Below are positions 20,865-31,202 of a stretch of 64,000 nucleotides of DNA, piece after piece. The stretch spans positions 376 through 64,375 of the forward strand of contig SBBB01000027.1 of assembly GCA_005239895.1 (NCBI GenBank). Direction: 5' to 3'. A program made the position numbers and the translations under genes. The DNA comes from a bacterium. GTDB taxonomy: Bacteria; Patescibacteriota; Patescibacteriia; SBBB01. The notes under the pieces were generated by a model that had not been told where the DNA came from, did not search any database, and worked only from the letters and a program-made list of their open reading frames with translations. Numbering within the stretch: position 1 is the stretch's first letter; the number at the start of each line of letters is the position of its first letter.

Positions 20865-21983
20865 ATGATTGGTTTTTCTAAAAATCCCCAAGTTTATTTA
20901 GGAATAGATTTGGGACAAACAGGAATTAAATTAGTAGAATTAAACAAAGTAAATGAAAAACTTGAATTATCAACTTATGCTTTAGCTGAGTTTGATGAAA
21001 ATTTTTTGCAACATACAATTAAAGGTCAAAGTAGTGCCCAGGAAGTTGCGCGAGCTGTTAAATATACATGCGTTAAAGCTAAAACCAGGGGATTAAATGT
21101 CACTTCTTCCGTGCCAGCCTGTTCGGTTTTTACAGCGATACTTACAGTGCCTAATTTAAGTTTTACGGAAATGGATATTATTATTAGAAAAGAGACTAAA
21201 AAATTGATTCATTTTTCTTTAGAGGAAGTTATTGTGAGTTGGAAAATTGTAGGCACTAATCCTAATGTACAAAATATTTTATATAGCACTGTAGAACATT
21301 TAGAGAGAGTAGAAAAACCAAAAGACGAAGCTTTAACCCAAGTAACAGTTGTATTGACCGTAGTTCCTAAAAGTATCGTAACGAGATACAAAGAAATATT
21401 TCAACTGGCAGGATTAAAATTAGTAAGCCTAGAGACTGAAACCGTGGCTTTATCTAGAGCCTTAGTTGGCACAGAACAAGTATCTATACTTATATTAGAC
21501 ATAGGGGCTATTACGAGTAATATTTTTGTAATTGAAAACGGAGAGCCGGTTATAAGTAGAACCATAGAAGTTGGGGGTGTAACTATGACCGAGGCTTTGA
21601 GTAAATCTCTAAATTTAGATTTTAATTATACCGAACAATTAAAATATGATGTGGGTTTAAGTGTAACTAGTGAGGATGGAAAATCAACCATGTCTAGTGT
21701 CGTAGAACCCATTATAACCAAAATTATTGATGAAATTAAATATAGTTTAAATCTATATTACAAAGAAAATGAAAATAATAAAATTGAAAAAATAATTTTA
21801 ACTGGTGGTTCAGCTTTAGTTCCGGGGATTGATCAGTATATATCTCAATTAACTAGTTTATCGGTTTATGTTGGTGACCCTTGGTTTCACGTTGAGTATA
21901 ACAAGGCGTTACAGGGTCTTTTATATCAGATAGCGCCTCGTATGGCCGTAACCGTAGGTTTGGCTTTAAAAAATGTAATTTGA
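20865..21983 (+). CDS. pilM: Type IV pilus assembly protein PilM
   Basis: GIDLG..IKLVEL, LDIGA, VGG..MT, ILTGGSA, VGLALK. Confidence 0.9.
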   Translation: MIGFSKNPQVYLGIDLGQTGIKLVELNKVNEKLELSTYALAEFDENFLQHTIKGQSSAQEVARAVKYTCVKAKTRGLNVTSSVPACSVFTAILTVPNLSFTEMDIIIRKETKKLIHFSLEEVIVSWKIVGTNPNVQNILYSTVEHLERVEKPKDEALTQVTVVLTVVPKSIVTRYKEIFQLAGLKLVSLETETVALSRALVGTEQVSILILDIGAITSNIFVIENGEPVISRTIEVGGVTMTEALSKSLNLDFNYTEQLKYDVGLSVTSEDGKSTMSSVVEPIITKIIDEIKYSLNLYYKENENNKIEKIILTGGSALVPGIDQYISQLTSLSVYVGDPWFHVEYNKALQGLLYQIAPRMAVTVGLALKNVI

Positions 21984-21986
21984 TAT

Positions 21987-22868
21987 ATGGAAGACGAAAT
22001 ACTTATTAAAGATACCGATGGCGTATTTAAAATTTTAAAAAACAATATTTTAACTCCCGTAGTTACTTTAGAGGGTGATGATAATAATCTTTTTTCATTA
22101 AGCACCGATGCATTGTTAAAAAAAATAATTGAACTAAAAAACACTAGATTACAGAATACTTTTTCTTATCGGTTATCTTTAATAAAAGTGATATGCGAGA
22201 GGGGCATTTTAGAAAACGTTCTCTTTAATGAAAAAAAGAATTATGGCTTAGTCGAGATAGTTGAATTTGTAAAATCATTTTTAGGAACATCTCAAAAATC
22301 TTTAGAGGGTATTCAGGAGTTATCAGAAATAGGTAAAAGAATATTTCACTACGAAATAACCAATTATGTAGATTACAATCTTGATACTAAAAAGTTTGCG
22401 TTTAATGATATAGATGTTATTGATAAGAAACAAATACAAGCTATCGAAAGTTTACCTAGTTCAGATAGAATTCAAAAAGGACTAAGCGCTAGTTTGATTT
22501 TAAAATCAGCCCTTGGCAAGACTGGTAATTTAGAAGTTTTTTTGGAGTTTATTAATAAGGGGATATTTAAAACTTTATTTAATTTCGCGACTATAAATGA
22601 TTTGCAGAATAACATTAAATTGTCGGATGCTAAATTATTATTTGGATTTAGTCGTACGACTGACATTAGGGTAGATAGCAACGGTTACTTGCGGGTTTCC
22701 AATGATTGGCAAGATATAAATTTAGCCCGACTGAAGCAGTCTGGATTAAATCATGTGGCTTTTGCGAATTTAATAGCTGTGGTCTATAATATATTAGTAG
22801 GGAATAAAAAAATTGTTATGGGAGGTATAAATATTAAAGATGAAAAAGATAGAGTGGTTATTGTTTAA
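21987..22868 (+). CDS. Hypothetical protein
   Basis: 293-aa ORF 3 nt after pilM. Confidence 0.75.
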   Translation: MEDEILIKDTDGVFKILKNNILTPVVTLEGDDNNLFSLSTDALLKKIIELKNTRLQNTFSYRLSLIKVICERGILENVLFNEKKNYGLVEIVEFVKSFLGTSQKSLEGIQELSEIGKRIFHYEITNYVDYNLDTKKFAFNDIDVIDKKQIQAIESLPSSDRIQKGLSASLILKSALGKTGNLEVFLEFINKGIFKTLFNFATINDLQNNIKLSDAKLLFGFSRTTDIRVDSNGYLRVSNDWQDINLARLKQSGLNHVAFANLIAVVYNILVGNKKIVMGGINIKDEKDRVVIV

Positions 22869-22930
22869 TATTAATTTTTTTAGAATAAATGTTTTTGAGT
22901 TTATTTAGTTTTGAAAAATATAATTAAAGT

Positions 22931-24946
22931 ATGAATCTTACTAAACAATCTTTTAATGATTTGACAAGTAGTCAGTTTCAAGATAGAGAGGTTTTTACAG
23001 CCCTGCAAGATGTTGTTTTAGATTGTGAGCGCTGGGCTCATTTAGGAGATATTTACGAGTTTTATATTATTTTAAAGCCTAAAATGAATGCTACTAAGGT
23101 TGATGGTCATTCTTTAGATATTTATTTGGAATATGAAGAATTGCTGATTAGAATGGGTTTTATTACTTTGCCGTTTCAGCCTCTTAGTGAGGTTGTAGAT
23201 TTATTTACCAAACATTTATTAGTAGCTTTAAAATTCAAAATAAACCTATTTGATAAATTTATTTTAAGATTTTTACTAAAAGATATAAAGGCTGTGCGCA
23301 CAGAACTTCAGGTTATTATTAAAGCCTTGGAAAGCAATTTGGAAATTATGGAGCCTGAAAACCCCACAATTCAACCCTACCCCATTAATTCCTGGATAAA
23401 CGACTATAAAAATTATTTAGAGAATAATAAGGGTACAACCAATACAATTGCTCAGTTTATAGATACGTTTATTACAGCCACAGTTGACGCTGATTTTAGA
23501 CAAAGAGTAAGAAGCGTTTTAAATATTTATGATTGGTTAGTAAATTACGAAGAACGTAAGCGCGCCAATACTATATCTACAGAGTTATATGTTAAAGACA
23601 ATGGTGTTTCCACTACTCGTGTTATCTCTAAAGCAGCTAACACTATTGATGTTAAAAAGAGTAATGAGGTTAGTATTCCTAAAGTTGATTATGATGCAAT
23701 TATTGATAAGGTTATTACAGAGTGTAATTTTAGTACGCAAGGAGAAATAATAGTAAAACGAGCTCGTAATATATGTTTAAGTTGTTTAAAAAATTTGCGA
23801 GATGTTGTAGATACTAAATTAATACTTATGCAGCCACAAACTAAAGGTGGTTTAGGTGTAACTGAAAAAATGGCCTATAAAATAATTAGTATGCTTACAG
23901 AGCATATTGATTTTGAATCCCAGATCCAAATTAAAAAGCCACTTCAAATGAAAATTTCTGTCACCCAATCATCTGATGCTGTTTTAGATCAATTAGAGTT
24001 AATGCCACCACCCCTAACTGTTATTTCAGTTGAACCAGAAGTGCCTGTTCCTCCGGTTGGTTCTACAACAACTGAAGAGAATGTGCTGGAAGAGAAACCC
24101 ATATTAAATCAGAATGAGTTGGTTGTTTCTTTAGAACCAGAAATACCCAATCCAATTATTACAGAGCCCACAGAACCAGTTGAGACAAGTCAAACTACTT
24201 TAAATTCTGTTGTAAATTCAGAAGTTTCTTTAGTGCCTGAAGAAGCTGTTACTGATTCTAAACAAACCAATTCACTTTTAGATCAACTAGAATTAATGCC
24301 ACCACCCCTAGCTGTTATTTCAGTTGAACCCGAAGTGCCTGTTCCTCCGGTTATTTCCACAATCACCGAAGTCAACCCACTTGAAGAAAAGCCCGTGTTA
24401 AATGAGTCAGTTATTTTTTCAGAACCAGAAATTCCAAAACAGGCTATTGTTCCAGACCCAGTAATTATTGAGACACCAACACCTGAAGCCCATCCCCTTA
24501 ATGCACAACCAATTACAAATGAAGCTGTTATACCGATTAAAGAAGAAGCTGTATCTAAAGAGATCGCGACTTCAGCAGTACTGGAAACATCCAAGGATTC
24601 GTTCAAAACCAGTCATAAATCACGAGTAATGACCCCCATTGATGAGTTGAGTGTTATGGGGTTGGTTGAATTTAGGCGTTTATCTGAAAATGCTTTTCAG
24701 GCTATGGAAAAACTTTCCAATAAATTAAAGCTTTGGGGACAAGAGTCGTTTTTAAAGCGCTTAGATGGAATAACAGCCTGGAGATCATCTCCCATACATC
24801 AGATGTATCTTGCGGTATGCAAAGAAAGTTTAAATCAGAATAAAAACCCATTTGACGTTATTAAAGCCCATAATAATCCTAAAGAGTATATCACCGTTGA
24901 TGAATATAGTGCTATAATATCTTTTAATATTAGTTTGAGAGTTTAA
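22931..24946 (+). CDS. Hypothetical protein with Pro/Glu-rich linker and internal duplication
   Basis: 671 aa; KGGLG motif; LDQLELMPPPL.VISVEPEVPVPPV twice; C-terminal PIDEL...EFRRLS...AWRSSP domain. Confidence 0.8.
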   Translation: MNLTKQSFNDLTSSQFQDREVFTALQDVVLDCERWAHLGDIYEFYIILKPKMNATKVDGHSLDIYLEYEELLIRMGFITLPFQPLSEVVDLFTKHLLVALKFKINLFDKFILRFLLKDIKAVRTELQVIIKALESNLEIMEPENPTIQPYPINSWINDYKNYLENNKGTTNTIAQFIDTFITATVDADFRQRVRSVLNIYDWLVNYEERKRANTISTELYVKDNGVSTTRVISKAANTIDVKKSNEVSIPKVDYDAIIDKVITECNFSTQGEIIVKRARNICLSCLKNLRDVVDTKLILMQPQTKGGLGVTEKMAYKIISMLTEHIDFESQIQIKKPLQMKISVTQSSDAVLDQLELMPPPLTVISVEPEVPVPPVGSTTTEENVLEEKPILNQNELVVSLEPEIPNPIITEPTEPVETSQTTLNSVVNSEVSLVPEEAVTDSKQTNSLLDQLELMPPPLAVISVEPEVPVPPVISTITEVNPLEEKPVLNESVIFSEPEIPKQAIVPDPVIIETPTPEAHPLNAQPITNEAVIPIKEEAVSKEIATSAVLETSKDSFKTSHKSRVMTPIDELSVMGLVEFRRLSENAFQAMEKLSNKLKLWGQESFLKRLDGITAWRSSPIHQMYLAVCKESLNQNKNPFDVIKAHNNPKEYITVDEYSAIISFNISLRV

Positions 24947-24995
24947 AAGTTATGATTTAAGATTTATGATTTTTTTCATTCGCGTATTAGTGAAG

Positions 24996-25093
24996 GCTTC
25001 CTCCTACGCTTTTAGTGGAGCTTCCACCGACGCCCCAACTTCGTCAAGACTTCGATGGGTAGGCAAGGCTTTGGTGGACAAGCCGGAGGACAA
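24996..25093. repeat. Nested GC-rich palindromic element
   Basis: GCTTCCTCC[GCTTCCACC[...]GGTGGACAA]GGAGGACAA. Confidence 0.7.
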
Positions 25094-25114
25094 ACTGGAG
25101 GATAAGATTTAAAT

Positions 25115-25558
25115 ATGCAACAATTTACTATTCCACAATTTATTGATGTAGAATCAAAAATTATAGGCGCCATGACAACGCGTCAATTTCTTATTTGTTT
25201 ATCAGCTGGTGGTTTGTTGTATATTATTTATAAACTAGCTGATTTTACTTTATTTGTTTTTTTGGGTTTGATTATTATCGCGGTTTTTGGGGCCCTGGGT
25301 TTTCTGCCTATTAATGGAAGACCTATGCATTTTTTTCTTTTAAATTTTATGCAAACCCTGAAGAAACCCAAAACTAGAGTCTGGAATAAGCATATTTCTA
25401 AAACGGAACTCAAAAAAATTTTAGAGCGTAATTACCTGGCTCCAGTTGTTAGTCATATTATTCAACCTAAAGGTCAGTTACCGCAGAGTTCTTTGAGAGA
25501 TTTAGCCTTAGTAGTAGATACGGGCGGGGTTTATCATGGAGATAATTTATTGGATTAA
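25115..25558 (+). CDS. PrgI family protein
   Basis: QFTIPQFIDVESKIIG.MT.RQF, two TMs, INGRP, PK.RVW. Confidence 0.88.
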   Translation: MQQFTIPQFIDVESKIIGAMTTRQFLICLSAGGLLYIIYKLADFTLFVFLGLIIIAVFGALGFLPINGRPMHFFLLNFMQTLKKPKTRVWNKHISKTELKKILERNYLAPVVSHIIQPKGQLPQSSLRDLALVVDTGGVYHGDNLLD

Positions 25559-25582
25559 AATTATTTTTAAATTATAAGATTT

Positions 25583-26242
25583 TTGAAAGATATGCAATCT
25601 ACACAACGTTTTTTAAATATTTCTGAAATTAGGGATAATTGTGTTATTTTAAAAGATGGTACTTTGTTGAGCGTTGTTATGGTGTCGTCAATTAATTTTG
25701 ATCTAAAGGCTGAAGACGAACAAAACGCAGTGATTTCTGGTTATGTTAATTTTTTAAATAGCATTGAATATCCTTTGCAAATAGTGATACAATCTCGCAA
25801 ATTGAATGTGGATGCGTATTTGCTAAAATTAGATAAGATTGTTAAGGCTCAAACCAATGAGCTTTTAAAGGCGCAAACCATAGATTATATTAAATATATT
25901 CGAAGCTTGCTGGAATTAGGTGAAATTATGACAAAACGTTTTTATGTTGTAGTTTCCTATAATGTTTTTAGTAATAAACAGAAAGGTTTTTGGACTAGAG
26001 TAATGGAAGTTTTTCACGCTGACGTGGTTATAAATTTAAGCGACAAGGTGTTCAAAGAGCGTAGTGAAGCCTTAAGTTTACGTACTAATCAGGTTAAAGC
26101 CGGCTTAACTAGTTTAGGTTTACAGTGTGTGGTTTTAGATACGCAAGGTTTAATAGAATTATATTATTACACTTATAATTTAGAATCATCTGAAATAGGA
26201 CAGACTTTAAAGATTGATAAATTAAATGTAGAGAGTGTTTAA
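25583..26242 (+). CDS. Conserved protein preceding VirB4-like ATPase
   Basis: STQRFL.I.EI, SINF.LK..EQ, QIVIQSRKL, KRFYVVV. Confidence 0.75.
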   Translation: MKDMQSTQRFLNISEIRDNCVILKDGTLLSVVMVSSINFDLKAEDEQNAVISGYVNFLNSIEYPLQIVIQSRKLNVDAYLLKLDKIVKAQTNELLKAQTIDYIKYIRSLLELGEIMTKRFYVVVSYNVFSNKQKGFWTRVMEVFHADVVINLSDKVFKERSEALSLRTNQVKAGLTSLGLQCVVLDTQGLIELYYYTYNLESSEIGQTLKIDKLNVESV

Positions 26243-26249
26243 TACTATT

Positions 26250-28115
26250 ATGTTTAATTTTTTTAAGAAAAAAGCTAATCCATCTGAGGAATTATCAAAA
26301 ACCAAAGTAGATAAAGCAGATATTAAGTCTAGTGTTATAACCTCCGAAGTATTAGTCGAAGAATTTGTTTATCGTAAGGGTATTACTTCTATTAGAGATT
26401 TAATTTCTCCAGCTGCGATGGAAATAAAACCTAGGTATATTAAGCTGGGCAATAAGTTTGTGACGACTGTGTTTGTTATTACTTATCCACGTTATATTAA
26501 TGTTGGGTGGTTTAGGCCTATTATTAATTTAAATGCTACCATAGATATATCTATGTTTTTTTATCCAGTTGAAGCCGGTATTATTTTAAAACAATTAAGA
26601 GATAAGGTTGGTGTATTAGAAGCTCAACTGTCCTCGGATCATGACAAGGGTGCTCCACGCGACCCGTTGCGCGAAACAGCCTTGAGAGATATTGAAAAAT
26701 TACGAGATGATTTAACCCAAGGTGTTGAAAAATTTTTTCAATTTGGACTTTATGTAACAGTTTATACTAACACGGAAGAGGAGTTGATTAAAATGGTAAA
26801 TCTTTTAGAGTCATTATTTAATTCCAAATTAGTTATTATAAAACAAGGATTATATCAGGCGGAACAAGGTTTTATGTCAACCTTGCCGTTATCTAGCGAT
26901 GAGTTACAACTCTCATCTAACATGAATAGTTCTCCGATTGCGTCTTCTTTTCCTTTTATGTCTTCGGAATTAACATCTGATAATGGGGTGTTGTATGGTA
27001 TAAATCGCCATAATAATAGTTTAATTTTATTTGATCGTTTTTCTTTGCAGAATGCTAATTTTGCGGTTTTTGCGACTAGTGGAGCTGGTAAAAGTTATAC
27101 TATTAAATTAGAAGTTTTAAGACAGTTAATGATGGGTGTGGATGTCATTATTATTGATCCTGAAAAAGAGTATGGTCAATTATCAGCTGCTGTAGGTGGC
27201 ACCTATATTAATATTTCACTAAATTCCGAAAGTAAGATTAACCCATTTGATTTGCCCCGGGGAGCTAAAGACGTAAAAACTAGTGATGTTATACGCAGCG
27301 CGGTTATTACTGTTAAAGGACTACTGCGTTTGATGTTGGGGAGTTTTACAACCGAGGAGGATTCTTTGATGGATCGCGCCATTATTGAAACTTATGCTAA
27401 AAAAGATATTACGCCCGATGCGGACTTGTCACTCGTAGAACCTCCCATCTTGCAAGACTTGCAAAGTATATTAGAAGGTATGGATGGTGGCGCGAATTTA
27501 GTGTTAAGATTAAAAAAGTACACGGAAGGCACTTTTTCGGGATTCTTAAATAATCCCACCAATGTGGAAATTAATAATCAACTAGTGATATTTAGCGTCC
27601 GTGATTTGGAGGACGAATTGAGACCTTTAGCTATTTATACCGTAGTTAATTATATTTGGAATGTTGTGAGATCAAGTTTAAAGAAAAGAATATTAGTAAT
27701 TGACGAAGCGTGGTGGTTGATGCAACACGAAGATAGCGCTAAGTTTGTTTTTGCTTTAGTAAAAAGATGCCGAAAATATTATTTAGGAGTTACGACTATT
27801 ACGCAGGACGTGAATGATTTTTTGACTTCAATTTATGGAAAAGCCATTTTGAATAATTCCGCTATTCAAATGTTATTAAAACAATCGCCATCTTCTATTG
27901 ACTTAATTCAAAAAACTTTTTTATTAACTCAAGGTGAACGATATTTATTGCTTGAATCTGGCGTAGGTGAGGGTATTTTTTTTGCTGGGAATAAACACGC
28001 GGCGATTAAGGTTGTGGCATCTTATGTGGAAGACCAGATTATAACTTCTGATCCGCGTCAATTATTAGAAATAGAAGAAGCCAAGAAAGCCCTGGAAGAG
28101 TCTCAAGAAAAATAG
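26250..28115 (+). CDS. VirB4/TraC-like ATPase
   Basis: ATSGAGKS Walker A, IIDPEKEY, INPFDL, VIDEAW, ITQ. Confidence 0.9.
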   Translation: MFNFFKKKANPSEELSKTKVDKADIKSSVITSEVLVEEFVYRKGITSIRDLISPAAMEIKPRYIKLGNKFVTTVFVITYPRYINVGWFRPIINLNATIDISMFFYPVEAGIILKQLRDKVGVLEAQLSSDHDKGAPRDPLRETALRDIEKLRDDLTQGVEKFFQFGLYVTVYTNTEEELIKMVNLLESLFNSKLVIIKQGLYQAEQGFMSTLPLSSDELQLSSNMNSSPIASSFPFMSSELTSDNGVLYGINRHNNSLILFDRFSLQNANFAVFATSGAGKSYTIKLEVLRQLMMGVDVIIIDPEKEYGQLSAAVGGTYINISLNSESKINPFDLPRGAKDVKTSDVIRSAVITVKGLLRLMLGSFTTEEDSLMDRAIIETYAKKDITPDADLSLVEPPILQDLQSILEGMDGGANLVLRLKKYTEGTFSGFLNNPTNVEINNQLVIFSVRDLEDELRPLAIYTVVNYIWNVVRSSLKKRILVIDEAWWLMQHEDSAKFVFALVKRCRKYYLGVTTITQDVNDFLTSIYGKAILNNSAIQMLLKQSPSSIDLIQKTFLLTQGERYLLLESGVGEGIFFAGNKHAAIKVVASYVEDQIITSDPRQLLEIEEAKKALEESQEK

Positions 28116-28136
28116 TTTATTTAATTAATCGTTATT

Positions 28137-28718
28137 ATGTCTAGTTTCACTAAAAAAATATTGATTTTGGTGGTTGTGATTTTAATAGGAGTTGGTTTAT
28201 GGGCATTCTGGACGTTTTTTTCTGAACCCTCAACATTAGAAATTTCAAATAATACAACCGTAGATCAGCCTATAAAAAAAATTATCAAACCAATCCCAAC
28301 TTCCAAGCCAGAAGCAGTTGTTAAAAAAGAAGTTAAAAAAGTTAGTCCGGAAGAGATTTTACAAACCAACCTAGTTAAAGTAGCTAGTGATTTTGTAGAA
28401 CGATTTGGTAGTTATTCCAATCATAATTCTTATGAAAATATTAAAGATTTGCAATTTGCAATGACTGAAAGTATGTGGAACAACGTTCAACCCAAGCCAA
28501 GTATTAAATCTACTCCCAAATATAGTGGCATGACCACCAAAGTTATTACAAGCAATATAATTAAATCTGATAACACTTTAGCCAAGGTAGATATCGCTAC
28601 CCAGAGGCAAGAATTTAAAGAGGGTTCTGCGCAACCTAGAGTTTTTTATCAAAATGTTTTAGTAACTTTAGTAAAAGATAATACTTCGTGGAAGATTGAT
28701 AATATCGAATGGAAATAA
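28137..28718 (+). CDS. Membrane-anchored protein, possibly VirB8/TcpC-like
   Basis: N-terminal TM, A..FVERFGSYSN, C-terminal WKID; fold is inferred. Confidence 0.55.
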   Translation: MSSFTKKILILVVVILIGVGLWAFWTFFSEPSTLEISNNTTVDQPIKKIIKPIPTSKPEAVVKKEVKKVSPEEILQTNLVKVASDFVERFGSYSNHNSYENIKDLQFAMTESMWNNVQPKPSIKSTPKYSGMTTKVITSNIIKSDNTLAKVDIATQRQEFKEGSAQPRVFYQNVLVTLVKDNTSWKIDNIEWK

Positions 28719-29449
28719 TAAAAAATTTAAAATCCTTAATTTGTGCAGGCTCAAAATTAGTTTTAGATTGTTTATTCCCACTCAAATGTTTAAGTTGCTA
28801 TAAAGAAGGTAGTTGGGTGTGTTCAGAGTGCTTGCCAAAATTAAAAATTAATAATTTTCAATATTGTATTATTTGCGAAGGTCGTAATTTAGATGGCAGG
28901 GTTTGCATGGCTTGCGCTGAAAAATCTTATTTAAATGGATTACTAGTGGTATTTGATTATAAACATTATTTGGTTAAAAAGTTGATTACTACTTTTAAAT
29001 ATCAAAAAGCTCACCAATTAAAATATTTTTTAAGTGATTATTTAGTTGATTTATTGCACACAGTTTTTATACTAAACTTAGATTTAGAAAAACAAGATGA
29101 TATGGTCGTAACTTTTGTGCCTTTGCACAAAAAGCGTTTAATTGAAAGGGGATTTGATCAAGCAAATCTACTGTCTGAAATCTTAGCCCAGCAGTTGAAT
29201 TTAAATTTTACTCAATTATTAGTTCGCACGAGATATACCATACCTCAAGTAAAGTTAAGCATAGATGAACGTTTAAACAATTTACAGGGGGCGTTTAAAG
29301 TTCAAGATGCTCGCCAGAGTATTTTTAATAAAAAAGTAATTTTAGTGGATGATGTTGTTACCACTGGATCTACAATGCAAGAATGCGCTCGAGTTTTAAA
29401 ATTAGCTGGAGCGGCTGAAGTGTGGGGAATAGCTATTGCTAAAGGGTAG
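28709..29449 (+). CDS. comF: ComF family amidophosphoribosyltransferase-like protein
   Basis: CxxC zinc ribbons, VPLH..R..ERGFDQ, VDDVVTTGST. Confidence 0.92.
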   Translation: MEIIKNLKSLICAGSKLVLDCLFPLKCLSCYKEGSWVCSECLPKLKINNFQYCIICEGRNLDGRVCMACAEKSYLNGLLVVFDYKHYLVKKLITTFKYQKAHQLKYFLSDYLVDLLHTVFILNLDLEKQDDMVVTFVPLHKKRLIERGFDQANLLSEILAQQLNLNFTQLLVRTRYTIPQVKLSIDERLNNLQGAFKVQDARQSIFNKKVILVDDVVTTGSTMQECARVLKLAGAAEVWGIAIAKG

Positions 29450-29503
29450 TATTTTATAAATTAATGTTATGATATTAGTGTAATATAATTGTAAATTTTT
29501 ATT

Positions 29504-29547
29504 TGTAAGAAACCTGCGCGATCGCGACAGTTTCTTACATTTTTTTT
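29504..29547 (+). terminator. Intrinsic terminator after comF
   Basis: TGTAAGAAAC...GTTTCTTACA then T run. Confidence 0.7.
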
Positions 29548-29654
29548 ATTTGATTTAGTATTTTTTAAAGAAAGAGAATAAAGAAAGAGAATGTGAGTGT
29601 GGGGGTGACGAGATTTCGTTGGTCGTACCCCCGATCATAATTTGTGTCAATGAC

Positions 29655-30404
29655 TTATTGCCACTTAAGTACTTTCGCTGCCACACGGAAGCTGTAACTA
29701 TGTTGTTGTACACGGGTCTTGCGTAGGGTTATCATGTCCTTGCGTAGAGTTGTTTCTTCTTCTCTTTTTTGGGTTGCGGGGTAGAAGAAATTTACAGGCA
29801 CGGAAATTACGCGATGACCATTGGCTATTGCTATTATAGATGCATAGATTTGAACATGCTTATCGAGCGCGTCAAATTGGGTTGGATTGCAAGCTGCAAA
29901 ATATTGAGCCATTTTACAGCTAAGCGCTACAGCTCCAAAGGGTATATCAAACCCCTTTTTTCCGGTTGCCTGCGAGAAAGCTGCGTTTGTTTCTTTTTCG
30001 GCCGTAACCTGAAAGTCTGGATAACTTGACCAACTTTCCTCAGTTCGTTTTGGCATTACAATATCAGCCTGGCCTTGCTCAATTGGGGCGATTATACTTG
30101 GTATCAGGCGAACCAGATCTACTTTCTCTGGTTCCATGGCAACCAGAACGTCAGACTCATTAAATCTGTCAACGCATATACCAAACAATTCCCGTTTTTG
30201 TTCGCCAAAGGTTTTGGCGGATGAGTTATGAACATCAGCGCCAATTCTTCTAAAAGATCTAGATATTTCAGGATTGGGGGATTTGTCTACTATCAATACA
30301 TCGTATCCGAGAGCAATAGCGTTGCCAATGGTTTGGCACGCTAAATGATATCGAATTGCTTCCTGGCTTTTATACAAGCTCGTCATAACTATCTTTATAC
30401 TCAT
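29655..30404 (-). CDS. Divergent glycosyltransferase-like (GT-A) protein
   Basis: VLIVD.S, EPEK, II.PI..GQADIV.P.R; AGGAGG. Confidence 0.6.
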   Translation of the reverse strand: MSIKIVMTSLYKSQEAIRYHLACQTIGNAIALGYDVLIVDKSPNPEISRSFRRIGADVHNSSAKTFGEQKRELFGICVDRFNESDVLVAMEPEKVDLVRLIPSIIAPIEQGQADIVMPKRTEESWSSYPDFQVTAEKETNAAFSQATGKKGFDIPFGAVALSCKMAQYFAACNPTQFDALDKHVQIYASIIAIANGHRVISVPVNFFYPATQKREEETTLRKDMITLRKTRVQQHSYSFRVAAKVLKWQ

Positions 30405-30768
30405 TGTGATCCTCCTGGTTTTTACTTGCGTTTCCTTGACGCGAATAACTGACTCTTATGAGCAGCGCACTAGACATCTATCTGACTATTGGCAGGATTT
30501 AGCCATCCAATGCGCTGCTCACTACAATATCCAAACAATATTTATAAATTTACAAAGAACCTATATAATTAAGCCAAAATAATTTGGATTAAGTAAATTT
30601 TAACTTAATCACCATAGCACAAAATAAGAAAAAAGTCAAGAAGTGGTGGTGTCAACACACATGACAGTTTTTTGCAAGAATAAGCATAACTTAATTCATC
30701 CGCCAAGATTTAATAAGTAAATTGTAGGAGGGTGAATTTAGGAGGATAAATCCACTACAACTAAATAC

Positions 30769-30856
30769 AAGTTTAAGCGGGTAAATTAGACAAAATTAGG
30801 TATATATTTTATAATATACTAGTAATTTTTAGTACAATTTTTAGTTAAAATATAAT
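30769..30856 (+). repeat. 88-bp direct repeat, copy 1 (contains TAGACA-17-TATAAT)
   Basis: 83/88 identical to 31856-31943. Confidence 0.95.
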
Positions 30857-30858
30857 TT

Positions 30859-31119
30859 ATGACTCTACATAATTTAGTTAAAAAAAGATCTTACTTATTT
30901 TGGTCCACCAAAAATTATAAGGGGCTTTCTAAAGAAGCGGTTTTAGAAGGAGTTTTAAATTATGGAACCATGAAAGATGTGCAAGAGGTTTTCTCTATTT
31001 TAGGCATGAACAATGCGGCTAATATTTTTTATAAACAAATAAAAAATAAACGTAACAATTATCGCCCCGAAATAAAGAATTATTTTAAATTATATTTTAA
31101 AAAATATACACCCCGTTAG
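30859..31119 (+). CDS. Small putative antitoxin (DUF6922-like)
   Basis: LFWS, VLNYG; directly upstream of an AbiEii-like gene. Confidence 0.7.
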   Translation: MTLHNLVKKRSYLFWSTKNYKGLSKEAVLEGVLNYGTMKDVQEVFSILGMNNAANIFYKQIKNKRNNYRPEIKNYFKLYFKKYTPR

Positions 31120-31202
31120 AAGCTGTCGTTACATTTTAGAATATCAACATGCAAATTATACACAAAAAAATTAAACATATTATACCTTCAGCATCTAATG
31201 GG
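31111..31202. mobile_element. MITE-like element (CCCCGTTAGA family)
   Basis: TIR CCCCGTTAGAAGCTG / CAGCATCTAATGGG, flanks ATACA/ATGCA; related to 55722-55821. Confidence 0.7.

Noticed and set aside
31149-31202. N-terminal extension of the AbiEii toxin
   Set aside because: Lies inside the MITE; MHPE at 31203 is the more plausible start
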